Shown: positions 46,101 to 53,456 of the stretch, piece after piece
Layout: every line of letters begins with the position of its first letter
How positions within the stretch are numbered: position 1 is the stretch's first letter
Source of the DNA: an uncultured Verrucomicrobiota bacterium
GTDB taxonomy: Bacteria > Verrucomicrobiota > Verrucomicrobiia > Limisphaerales > UBA1412
Direction: 5' to 3'
Length of the DNA: 56,710 bases
Assembly: GCA_964609795.1 (NCBI GenBank)
Contig: CAZSTC010000003.1
Coordinates: 1 to 56,710, forward strand
Made by a program: the position numbers and the translations under genes
The notes under the pieces: generated by a model
The model's input: the letters and a program-made list of their open reading frames with translations, nothing else
What the model was told of the DNA's origin: nothing
The model's database searches: none

Positions 46101-48182
46101 GAAGGTTCTCTAACCGTTGCTCCTGGAACGCTCATAAAAACTCGCTCTTGGAATGGGGTAGAGTGGAGCGCTATTACTGAATTGGACCTTACCGTTTATG
46201 GCGAACAAACTGATCTCAAAATAAATGAAATGATGTACTCATCGCCTGTGCCTGACGACGCTGCTGAGCACGGATGGGACCGCGATGATTATTCTTGGAT
46301 TGAATTAAAAAATACCGGCAAAGGTGTCCTTGATACCCAGGAAATTCAGTTTACAAGTGGAATTGAATATACGCTTCCTCAGTTGCTCCTTCATCCAGGC
46401 GAAATGCTGGTTCTTGTTAAAAATTTGGATGCTTTTTCGACACTCTATTCCACTAATGGAATGACTATTTTAAGTGGTTTTTCAGGAAACCTGGCAAGGA
46501 GAGGGGAGAATATCACAATTCAAGCGGCTGATGGATCAAACATCCTAAGCTTTAATTACTCTAGTTCCTGGTATCCTGAGACAGACCAAGGAGGATACTC
46601 CCTGGAAGTCGTAGACACTGCCGCCGAAGAATCAGTTTGGAGCAGTGCTTTAAATTGGAAATCAAGTTCTCTAATGTACGGAACTCCAGGTGCTGAAAAT
46701 GACTCTTCCGGTGGCATTCCCCCAATTATAAAAATACAACCCAAAGACCAATGGGTAACTGAAGGGGAGAATGTTCTCTTCTTTGCTACTGTGGTTGGAT
46801 CCTCTCCCTTAAACTATCAGTGGTATAAGGATGGTTCCCCTATTGAAAATGCTAACACCTCACAACTCATACTTTCCGGAACTAAACTTTCGGATGCCGG
46901 GAGTTATGCAGTTGAAGTGACTAATCCGGCTGGCTCCCTTATGAGCAGACAGGCTACGCTCCTCGTACAGGTGTTTATTCCTGTCCCTCCCTCAATTATC
47001 CTTCAGCCGGAAAATCAAATTGTAATGGCTGGCGAAAGCGCGAGCTTCATAGTTGCAGCATCCGGCTCCGAACCGTTAAATTATCAATGGTATAAAAACG
47101 GGATTCCAATAGAAGGGGCTGTTCGCAACAGCTATACTATTCCGGTAGTTAAAACAGGAGATCAAGCTAATCTGTACACAGTGCGTGTCAGCAATATGCT
47201 CAGCTCACTGATGAGCAGCCCCGCTGGTCTGACTGTGATGGATGGACCAATCCTCAAAAAAGGAGATTTCATTATTGCTATAGATCCGAATTCAAGCAGC
47301 TATCCGTCCAACGAAAATCCTCCGCTCGCCATAGACGGGGATACAGGTACTAAATATTTGAATTTTGGTGGTGTCAATTCTGGCTTTATCACTACCCCTT
47401 CAGTGGGGCACTCGCTAATAAGCTCTTTTGCCATAACAACAGCCAATGACGTTGAAGGACGTGATCCAGCCAGTTACGATATCTATGGGACAAACGAGAA
47501 AATACTGAGTATGGATAAAAGTCCGGGCACTGCAGAAGGGTGGACATGGATAGCAAGCGGAAGCTTAAGTTTGCCCACAGAAAGGTTCACGGAGAGTGGG
47601 TGGATTAATATAGAAAATAGCACTCCCTATCGTTCCTATAAAGTTGTTTTTTCGAGCCTCAAAGTCCCCTCTGTCGGGATGATGCAATTGTCTGAGTTTC
47701 AATTTTATGGAGTTGTTTGGACCAATGGAGTCCCGGTCATAGCTACCCAGCCTTCCGATTATGTGGTCCTGGAAGGAGGAACAGCAATACTCTCGGCTGT
47801 TGCAATGGGCACCCTGCCTTTGAGTTACCAATGGTATAAAGATGGAAACATCTTAACCGGGGAAACAGAGTCCAGAATAACATTCCCAGATTCTGTTCCT
47901 TCCGATTCAGGCGTTTATTTTCTGGAAGTGACAAATTCTCTTGGCTCGACAACCAGCTACCAAGCCACTCTCACCGTAATTCCAGAAGTGATTGAGCCGC
48001 CAACTCTCAAGTGCTCGATAGAAGGGGATTTGCTGGTAATTGATTTTTCGGGGGTGCTCTATGAAAGCACCGATATGGTTGAATGGACTTTGGTAGAGAA
48101 TGCTCAGCCACCTACTTACAAAGTGGAAATTCAAAAATCAGGAAATCAGTACTATTTGGCGGCCTATTCTGACGCGCCATAA
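43140..48182 (+). CDS. secreted CotH-kinase/lamin-tail protein with Ig and discoidin-like tail, paralogue 4
   Basis: Signal peptide from ATG 43140 (ORF track starts at TTG 43080); lamin-tail, CotH core DPD..NN..HDGEH, three Ig domains, TANDVEGRDP discoidin-like domain. Confidence 0.85.
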   Translation: MRKFYMFIGMLFCITFVSFAEVSLTSAADSQPKEVELGDNVITEDTAIPNIIINEIVASNATGLRTRKGNYEDWVELFNPTTESVNISGWYLTDSLNNLAQWQFPDGVILKPGGFLVVFCDGWVDSQPLGEYHSNFSLSKSGEYLALVAADAETIVYELAPSFPLQYKDASYGCIPASIANSEQQWAYFKTPTPGASNTGTPLWGMVESVTFSESQGYKSGPFSLTLESPTEGSSIYYTLDGTIPTSKSFRYTEPISIETITFLRAVAIKEGYLDAPVTTRTWLFMEDVLTQPSSTPAGWPSSYAVNNHKMEYGMNSSIVRYNKTAIRTGMTNIQTISLVTDLKNLFDSKSGIYVNPGQDGEAWERPVSVELIDPKGGEEFQIEAGLRIRGAFSRSSSNPKHSLRLFFRDSYGGKLNFPLFEGEGADTFDKVDLRTSQNFSWSFEGSPYNTFIRETFSRDAQGDFGMQYTRSRYYHLFINGQYWGLYQTQERSDSDYAKTYYGGSGDDWDCIKTSQPGYYTEASDGNINAFSDLYNIAVKQGFSGLYSTNYNWIKGVNPDGTPIPESPVYLDEDNLIAYMLITYFARDPDCPVAVNSHANNLYGLYNRVNPTGFKWFKHDGEHSMAANRSYPVTTDLTSHGWHLNTLANFNPMRLHQKLMDHPDYKMRWVDTVQKEMLNPGGALTLSNSLARWNKRQAEIDQAIILESARWGHGRDRGDWLRECDYVKESFISLSADYLMKNFKSRGWFPAIEAPIISDIMRSNESITFTLSGALNLYYTLNGDDPRLPGGELNPFANKLVAQPVGEKTLIGKGETWRYFDEGIAPPKDGMFFWYQKGYSYNYWKEGAGRFGFGSRPVKTSINRYKTDTNEPLITAYFSKTFEVTSASLVPGLTIDINADDGAVVYINGSRVLLHNMETGYNYYSYAKSEVSGSDENTYFSYEIDSKYLVDGENMISVEIHQGSPESDDFYFDLELSTMSGQSEYGTEGSLTVAPGTLIKTRSWNGVEWSAITELDLTVYGEQTDLKINEMMYSSPVPDDAAEHGWDRDDYSWIELKNTGKGVLDTQEIQFTSGIEYTLPQLLLHPGEMLVLVKNLDAFSTLYSTNGMTILSGFSGNLARRGENITIQAADGSNILSFNYSSSWYPETDQGGYSLEVVDTAAEESVWSSALNWKSSSLMYGTPGAENDSSGGIPPIIKIQPKDQWVTEGENVLFFATVVGSSPLNYQWYKDGSPIENANTSQLILSGTKLSDAGSYAVEVTNPAGSLMSRQATLLVQVFIPVPPSIILQPENQIVMAGESASFIVAASGSEPLNYQWYKNGIPIEGAVRNSYTIPVVKTGDQANLYTVRVSNMLSSLMSSPAGLTVMDGPILKKGDFIIAIDPNSSSYPSNENPPLAIDGDTGTKYLNFGGVNSGFITTPSVGHSLISSFAITTANDVEGRDPASYDIYGTNEKILSMDKSPGTAEGWTWIASGSLSLPTERFTESGWINIENSTPYRSYKVVFSSLKVPSVGMMQLSEFQFYGVVWTNGVPVIATQPSDYVVLEGGTAILSAVAMGTLPLSYQWYKDGNILTGETESRITFPDSVPSDSGVYFLEVTNSLGSTTSYQATLTVIPEVIEPPTLKCSIEGDLLVIDFSGVLYESTDMVEWTLVENAQPPTYKVEIQKSGNQYYLAAYSDAP

Positions 48183-48844
48183 TGAAAAGTAGTTACGATC
48201 GCTTTTTCCATGAACGAGAGCTTTTTCAGACAGCCCACACCTATCCAATTGCGGGCGTAGATGAAGCCGGGCGAGGGCCTCTTGCCGGTCCCCTAGTCGT
48301 GGCTGCAGTTGTTCTGCCTGAAGAGTGGATTGTTGAAGGAGTTCCAAGATCTCTGGTGGACTTGAACGACTCAAAAAAGACATCCCAGCTTAACAGAGAA
48401 AAATTCTACGAGTGTCTGCAATCGGATGATAATATAGCGAAGGCGATCGTGGAGGTAAGCGTCGAAGAGATTGAAAAAATAAATATTTTACAAGCTACTT
48501 TTCTCGGAATGCGCTTGAGCCTGGAACAAATTATGAGCCAAGGGATAGCATTGAAACATGTCTTAGTTGATGGCCCCTTTGCGCCGCCGGTTCCTTATCC
48601 TTGTACTCCCTTAATTAAGGGAGATTCAAAAAGTTATTCTATAGCAGCAGCCAGTATCCTTGCGAAAGTGTATAGAGATAGGATTATGATCCAATACGCT
48701 GAAAAGTGGCCTGCTTATGGTTTTGAACGCCACAAAGGCTACGCCACCCGAGAACACAAAGAGGCACTTCGAGCTTTAGGTCCTTGCCCTATCCATCGAA
48801 AAACTTTTCTTCATCTTGAGGTGCAGGGTGAATTCACTTTTTAG
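48182..48844 (+). CDS. rnhB: ribonuclease HII
   Basis: IAGVDEAGRGPLAGP, LNDSKK, VLVDG, IKGDSKSYSIAAASILAKV, GFERHKGYAT, GPCPIHR. Confidence 0.97.
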   Translation: MKSSYDRFFHERELFQTAHTYPIAGVDEAGRGPLAGPLVVAAVVLPEEWIVEGVPRSLVDLNDSKKTSQLNREKFYECLQSDDNIAKAIVEVSVEEIEKINILQATFLGMRLSLEQIMSQGIALKHVLVDGPFAPPVPYPCTPLIKGDSKSYSIAAASILAKVYRDRIMIQYAEKWPAYGFERHKGYATREHKEALRALGPCPIHRKTFLHLEVQGEFTF

Positions 48845-48851
48845 TGGGTCA

Positions 48852-49295
48852 ATGAAAATAGCATGGCTTAAAAAACTTCTGAAATTAATTACACCGTTAC
48901 CTCAACATCTATTGGTTGGCAGGAGAGGGGAGCAATGTGCAAAAAAACATCTTTCTAGTCTGGGGATGAAACATCTCACTTCCAATTTTTCATGCGAATC
49001 CGGTGAGATTGATTTAATTTTCAGAGAGGGTGAAATATTAGTATTCGTGGAAGTGAAAACAAGGACTCAGGCAACAGAGCACGGACTTATTGTGAGGCCT
49101 GCAGGAGCGGTCAATCAAAACAAACGGGATGCTATTCATGCCACTGTTAAGTGTTATCTTCGGAAAATAAAGCCATTAAGACCTGTTTGGAGAGTAGATA
49201 TTGTAGAGGTAATACTGGATGCAAAAATGAACCCACTGAAGATTACCCATATACAGGGAGTACCCTTGAAAAAAGGTTTTTCTAATAGAAAATGA
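48852..49295 (+). CDS. yraN: YraN family (UPF0102) nuclease-like protein
   Basis: GRRGEQCA, GEIDLI, LVFVEVKTR, WRVDIVEV; follows rnhB (ORF track starts at GTG 48816). Confidence 0.9.
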   Translation: MKIAWLKKLLKLITPLPQHLLVGRRGEQCAKKHLSSLGMKHLTSNFSCESGEIDLIFREGEILVFVEVKTRTQATEHGLIVRPAGAVNQNKRDAIHATVKCYLRKIKPLRPVWRVDIVEVILDAKMNPLKITHIQGVPLKKGFSNRK

Positions 49296-49314
49296 AAATG
49301 CCCATCCTCGTATT

Positions 49315-49379
49315 GCCTCAAAAATAGAGCGTATCTTGCTGGTATGTAATTAGAGGGTGTTTTGCATACGATTTTCATT
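49315..49379 (+). repeat. 65-bp dispersed repeat, copy A
   Basis: Ungapped 51/65 match (manual count) to reverse complement of 56584-56648. Confidence 0.8.
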
Positions 49380-49572
49380 TGCGATCCAGTTGTAAAGTTT
49401 ATTTAGTCTCTCTGTCGTGTATAGATCAATAGAGGAAAGACTCAGAGGATTTTAGAAGAGAAGAGGATGGAAGGGAAAGAGGAATGAGTGGGTTTATTGG
49501 ATAGGATAGAGAAGGAGTTATCAACATGATTGCAAATCTAGACCTTGGAACCATTGTTTAAAATCAAGTTAT

Positions 49573-49601
49573 TTGACTACAATTGTCTTTAAGGCTAATC
49601 T
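49573..49601 (+). promoter_or_regulatory. sigma70 promoter of ilvN
   Basis: TTGACT-N17-TAATCT ending 9 nt before the ATG. Confidence 0.6.
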
Positions 49602-49610
49602 GTCGATGGT

Positions 49611-50087
49611 ATGTGGCATACAGTATCAGTACTAGTAGAGAATAAGTTCGGAGTTTTAACCCGTGTGGCCGGTCTTTTTAGTGGCCGCGGCTATAATATC
49701 CATTCCTTGAATGTGGCGCCAACCCATGACGCCACCTTGTCGAGAATGACAATCGTAACCCATGGCAACGAAGAAACTATCGAACAAATCATTAAGCAGC
49801 TCAATAAGTTAGTTGAAGTTGTCAAGGTTGACGTTTTCGCCAGCGATGAGGACCATATTGAACGCGAATTAGTACTAATTAGAGTAAAAACTTCATCTGC
49901 CACACGGACGGATATTCTTCAAACAGCTCAAATATTCCGTGCCAAAATCGTAGATGTGCAACTGGATACGCTCACACTCGAACTGACCGGTCAGGCATCC
50001 AAAATAGAAAAGTTTATTGAGTTAATGGGATCCTTCCAGATTATCACAATCAATCGTACCGGCAGAATAGCTATGTCGCGTGAGTAG
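49611..50087 (+). CDS. ilvN: acetolactate synthase small regulatory subunit
   Basis: HTVSVLVENKFGVLTRVAGLFSGRGYNIHSLNV, SRMTIV, QIIKQLNKLVEVVKV, RTGRIAM. Confidence 0.96.
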   Translation: MWHTVSVLVENKFGVLTRVAGLFSGRGYNIHSLNVAPTHDATLSRMTIVTHGNEETIEQIIKQLNKLVEVVKVDVFASDEDHIERELVLIRVKTSSATRTDILQTAQIFRAKIVDVQLDTLTLELTGQASKIEKFIELMGSFQIITINRTGRIAMSRE

Positions 50088-50183
50088 AAAGAGCCTGCTT
50101 GGGTATTCTTGTCCAATTTTTTGGATTTGAGTTGAGTTTTTTTTGAGTTTTGCCCATTATGTGTCTGTAGGGCACCCGTTAGG

Positions 50184-50260
50184 CGGGGCGTAGCTCAGCC
50201 TGGTAGAGCGCTTGCTTTGGGAGCAAGAAGTCGAGAGTTCGAATCTCTCCGTCCCGACCA
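50184..50260 (+). tRNA. tRNA-Pro (TGG)
   Basis: Acceptor CGGGGCG/CGTCCCG, anticodon arm CTTGC-TTTGGGA-GCAAG, GTTCGAATC, CCA. Confidence 0.97.
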
Positions 50261-50307
50261 TTTAGTTAAATTGGCAGTCAATTTAACAACAAGAAAGTTT
50301 CCAGTTC

Positions 50308-50336
50308 TTGACTTCTTGAAGGATGCTCGTTAGACT
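50308..50336 (+). promoter_or_regulatory. sigma70 promoter of tRNA-His
   Basis: TTGACT-N17-TAGACT. Confidence 0.65.
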
Positions 50337-50356
50337 ACGTCGCGTTTTATACGGTT

Positions 50357-50433
50357 GGTGGCCGTAGTTCAGTTGGTAGAGCACCTGATTGTGGTTCAGG
50401 TTGTCGCGGGTTCGAGCCCCGTCGGTCACCCCA
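50357..50433 (+). tRNA. tRNA-His (GTG)
   Basis: G-1:C73 pair, acceptor GTGGCCG/CGGTCAC, anticodon arm CCTGA-TTGTGGT-TCAGG, GTTCGAG, CCA. Confidence 0.97.
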
Positions 50434-50557
50434 TTTTCCTCTTCTAGATTTCATCACTTGATCCCATTTGCATCTCGGTTTTTGTAGAACCTGCCAGGGG
50501 AGCCATTTCAAACTATGTATTAAGCATAACATACATTGTGCGAAATGACTTAAGACT

Positions 50558-50590
50558 AAAAAAGCCTCTAATGTTTCTCCCTCAGAGGCT
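50558..50590 (-). terminator. intrinsic terminator of glgB-pilT operon
   Basis: AGCCTCT/AGAGGCT stem followed by T6 on minus strand, 33 nt after the pilT stop. Confidence 0.6.
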
Positions 50591-50623
50591 GTTGAGTTTA
50601 AATGCTCTGTATCCCCGATTCTG

Positions 50624-51712
50624 CTACGAGAGGATTCGACGGCCTTCATCAAGGAAAATGCCCTTGAAGTTCATCTCCAACGCCTGAGGATTACTCGCTG
50701 AGGCCAAAGCTTCCTCCTGTGTGATTTTGCCTTCCTGAACAAGTGCGTACAGATGCTGATTAAAGTTAATCATACCTTCATCAGTACCCGTTTCAATTGC
50801 TGCTCCTAATTTTTCAAAACGACTTTCTTCAATCAACTTGCGAACTGTTGGGGTGTTAATCATCACTTCAATCGCAGGTGTTACTCCACCACTAATAGTA
50901 CTTACAAGTCTCTGGCATACAACAGCTTGCAATGTAGATGCTAGCTGTCTGCGTGCTTGGTCTCTATCCTCGGCCGGGAAAAAATCGAGGATTCGGCCGA
51001 TTGCTTGTGGTGCATTCGTGGTATGGAGCGTTGCTAGTACTAAGTGCCCTGTATCAGCAGAACTCATTGCTGCTGAGATACTTGTGACATCTCTAAGCTC
51101 TCCAATCATTATGATATCCGGGTCCTGTCTGAGAATGTGTTTGAGTCCCGCTTGGAATGTAAGTGTATCGAGCCCAATTTCACGTTGTTCCACCACACTC
51201 TGGTTGTCTTCAAAAACAAACTCAATAGGATCCTCCAACGTGATGATATGACGCTTGAAGTTGGCATTGATGTACTCAATCATTGCAGCCAACGTCGTTG
51301 ACTTACCCGACCCAGTAGAACCACTGACTAAAACAATTCCTCGCGGAGAGCGGGAAATATCCCGGATTACCTCCAAAAGGCCAAGTTCTTCGAAAGCAGG
51401 AACTTGAGTTTTTACATAACGCATGGCCAGACAGAACTGCCCACGCTGTTGAAAGACGTTTGTACGAAAGCGCCCGGTTCCGGGTATATAGTAGGAAAAG
51501 TCCGCTTCTCGCTCTGAATCCAATCTTTTTTTCGCATGTGGCGGGACTATTTCTTCAACCACTCTATTCATCCACTCTTCAGTGGGTATTGGTGCTTCAA
51601 CTGCGACCAAATCTCCGTGAATGCGGAAGATAATGGGGCCACCTATTTTAACATGCACGTCTGAGGCTTCGCCATCAACCGCAGTCTTTAATATTCTTTT
51701 GAATAATTCCAT
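50624..51712 (-). CDS. pilT: PilT/PilU-family type IV pilus retraction ATPase
   Basis: GSTGSGKSTTLAAMI, TLEDPIEF, LRQDPDIIMIGELRD, TGHLVLATLHT. Confidence 0.9.
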   Translation of the reverse strand: MELFKRILKTAVDGEASDVHVKIGGPIIFRIHGDLVAVEAPIPTEEWMNRVVEEIVPPHAKKRLDSEREADFSYYIPGTGRFRTNVFQQRGQFCLAMRYVKTQVPAFEELGLLEVIRDISRSPRGIVLVSGSTGSGKSTTLAAMIEYINANFKRHIITLEDPIEFVFEDNQSVVEQREIGLDTLTFQAGLKHILRQDPDIIMIGELRDVTSISAAMSSADTGHLVLATLHTTNAPQAIGRILDFFPAEDRDQARRQLASTLQAVVCQRLVSTISGGVTPAIEVMINTPTVRKLIEESRFEKLGAAIETGTDEGMINFNQHLYALVQEGKITQEEALASASNPQALEMNFKGIFLDEGRRILS

Positions 51713-51721
51713 ATAAATCTT

Positions 51722-52315
51722 TTATTTTAATAAACTCTGATTTCTAAATTTTTTACGCTTTAAACGCTCTTTAGTGAGTGATCTCAAGTGATGCAGGCTT
51801 TCTTCGTTGTTCTCCCGATCGGCAAAGCCCATCCGGTCTATGAAGAGTACTCCCTGCAAGTGATCGCATTCATGCTGGATGGCCCTGGATAAGAGCCCTC
51901 CACATCGAAAGTTGATTTCTTTGCCGGAAAAATCAAGCGCCTTTACCCCGATTGTTGCTGGGCGCTTAATGTCAGCAAAAATATTAGGGAAACTCAGACA
52001 TCCTTCCGGGCCTATTTCAGTTTTTTCTTCGAACGTAAGAGATGGATTAATCAAAACCATTGGCATATACTGACCCGGATCCACCTGACTGCCTTGAATC
52101 TCCATCCAAGAAGGACGATCGGAAGGACGAATGTCGATGACACAAATTTGCAAATCTTCTCCTACCTGTTGAGCCGCTAATCCAACACCTTCGGCTGTAA
52201 TCATAGACTCGAGCATATTTTCGACTAAAGCTTTGACTTCCGGTGTAATTTCTTCAACAAGCCTTCCTTTTCTTCTTAAGACCGGATCTCCGTATTTTGT
52301 AACTTCAATTTTCAT
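51722..52315 (-). CDS. def: peptide deformylase
   Basis: GVGLAAQQVG, EGCLS, QHECDHLQG. Confidence 0.97.
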   Translation of the reverse strand: MKIEVTKYGDPVLRRKGRLVEEITPEVKALVENMLESMITAEGVGLAAQQVGEDLQICVIDIRPSDRPSWMEIQGSQVDPGQYMPMVLINPSLTFEEKTEIGPEGCLSFPNIFADIKRPATIGVKALDFSGKEINFRCGGLLSRAIQHECDHLQGVLFIDRMGFADRENNEESLHHLRSLTKERLKRKKFRNQSLLK

Positions 52316-52331
52316 TTTTTGTGCGCTGAAA

Positions 52332-53447
52332 TTATTTCAAGTCCTCAGGATTAAGCTGTAATAACTCAGGAAGAACAAAAAGCCCATCCTTGCGAATCAG
52401 CTGATTGTCGAACCATATCTCTCCCCCACCCCATTCCGGTCTTTGAACCAACACCATATCCCAATGAACTGCAGAGCGGTTTCCATTATCTGCCTCAGAA
52501 TAAGCAGCCCCAGGGGTAAAGTGCAATGATCCAGAAATTTTTTCATCAAAGAGGATATCGGACATTGGATTGAGGATATACGGATTGACACCCAAGGCAA
52601 ACTCTCCGAAATAGCGGGCACCAGCATCGGTATCTAAAATGTGGTTTAACCGATCCGATGTTTCTGCGGATGACATCGCTTTTACGATTTTTCCGGACTC
52701 CACTTCCAGGGATATTTTCTCAAAGCGAGTTCCTGCATAGAGAGTTGGTGCATTATAGGAAATCACTCCGCTGACTGAGGTTTTGACCGGAGCCGTGTAA
52801 ACCTCTCCGTCGGGAATGTTTCTCAGACCAGAACATTTTATCGCATTAAAACCCGCAATGCTGAAAGAAATGTCAGTTCCTGGGCCCACAATCCGAACCT
52901 TATCAGTTCGGTTCATCAATTGAACCAAAGGATCCATGGCTCTCGACATTTTCTTATAGTCCATTGTACATACTTCAAAATAGAAGTCCTCAAATGCCTC
53001 TGTGCTCATTCCTGCAGCTTGTGCCATACTGGGAGTTGGCCAGCGCAAAACAACCCAACGAGTTTGGTTTACCCGAAAATCCAAGACGGGCCTGAGCGCT
53101 TTAGAATACAGTACCTGCTTATCAGAAGGGACATCGCTTCCCTCACAGAAATTGTTGGTCCCACGGATCGCAACGTATGCCTGAACTTTTTGCATTCTAG
53201 CCAATTCGACATCACAAAGCAGCTGAGCATGTTCGGGAGTAGTATGCAACTGCGCTTCTCTCACCAGACGGCTATGGCGAACATCTAGAAGGGGAATTGC
53301 TCCCAAAGAACGAGCGGCTCTTATCAGCTCGATACCCATTTCATCAGGTGTATCCATGAGGTCTATCAAAACGTTATCACCTGAGCTAAGGCTCATTGAA
53401 TAAGAGGTCAGCAATTGAGCTAATTTTGCAAAACGAGGATCTGTCAT
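52332..53447 (-). CDS. M29-family (AmpS/PepS-like) aminopeptidase
   Basis: NIPDGEVYTAP, YFGEFALGVNP, ILFDEKISGSLHFTPG, NRSAVHWDMV. Confidence 0.92.
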   Translation of the reverse strand: MTDPRFAKLAQLLTSYSMSLSSGDNVLIDLMDTPDEMGIELIRAARSLGAIPLLDVRHSRLVREAQLHTTPEHAQLLCDVELARMQKVQAYVAIRGTNNFCEGSDVPSDKQVLYSKALRPVLDFRVNQTRWVVLRWPTPSMAQAAGMSTEAFEDFYFEVCTMDYKKMSRAMDPLVQLMNRTDKVRIVGPGTDISFSIAGFNAIKCSGLRNIPDGEVYTAPVKTSVSGVISYNAPTLYAGTRFEKISLEVESGKIVKAMSSAETSDRLNHILDTDAGARYFGEFALGVNPYILNPMSDILFDEKISGSLHFTPGAAYSEADNGNRSAVHWDMVLVQRPEWGGGEIWFDNQLIRKDGLFVLPELLQLNPEDLK

Positions 53448-53456
53448 AATTGATAC

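Noticed and set aside
26820-48182. Diversity-generating retroelement acting on the paralogue tails
   Set aside because: No reverse transcriptase in the window and no near-identical template/variable pair with adenine-specific differences; divergence is mostly synonymous
49154-49378. 74-aa minus-strand ORF over the repeat as a small gene
   Set aside because: Overlaps yraN antisense, no motif; better explained as non-coding repeat
13180-50144. T8 runs (13180, 22072, 50137) as phase-variation tracts
   Set aside because: Runs of 8 are expected in this AT-rich sequence, and the affected frames are intact
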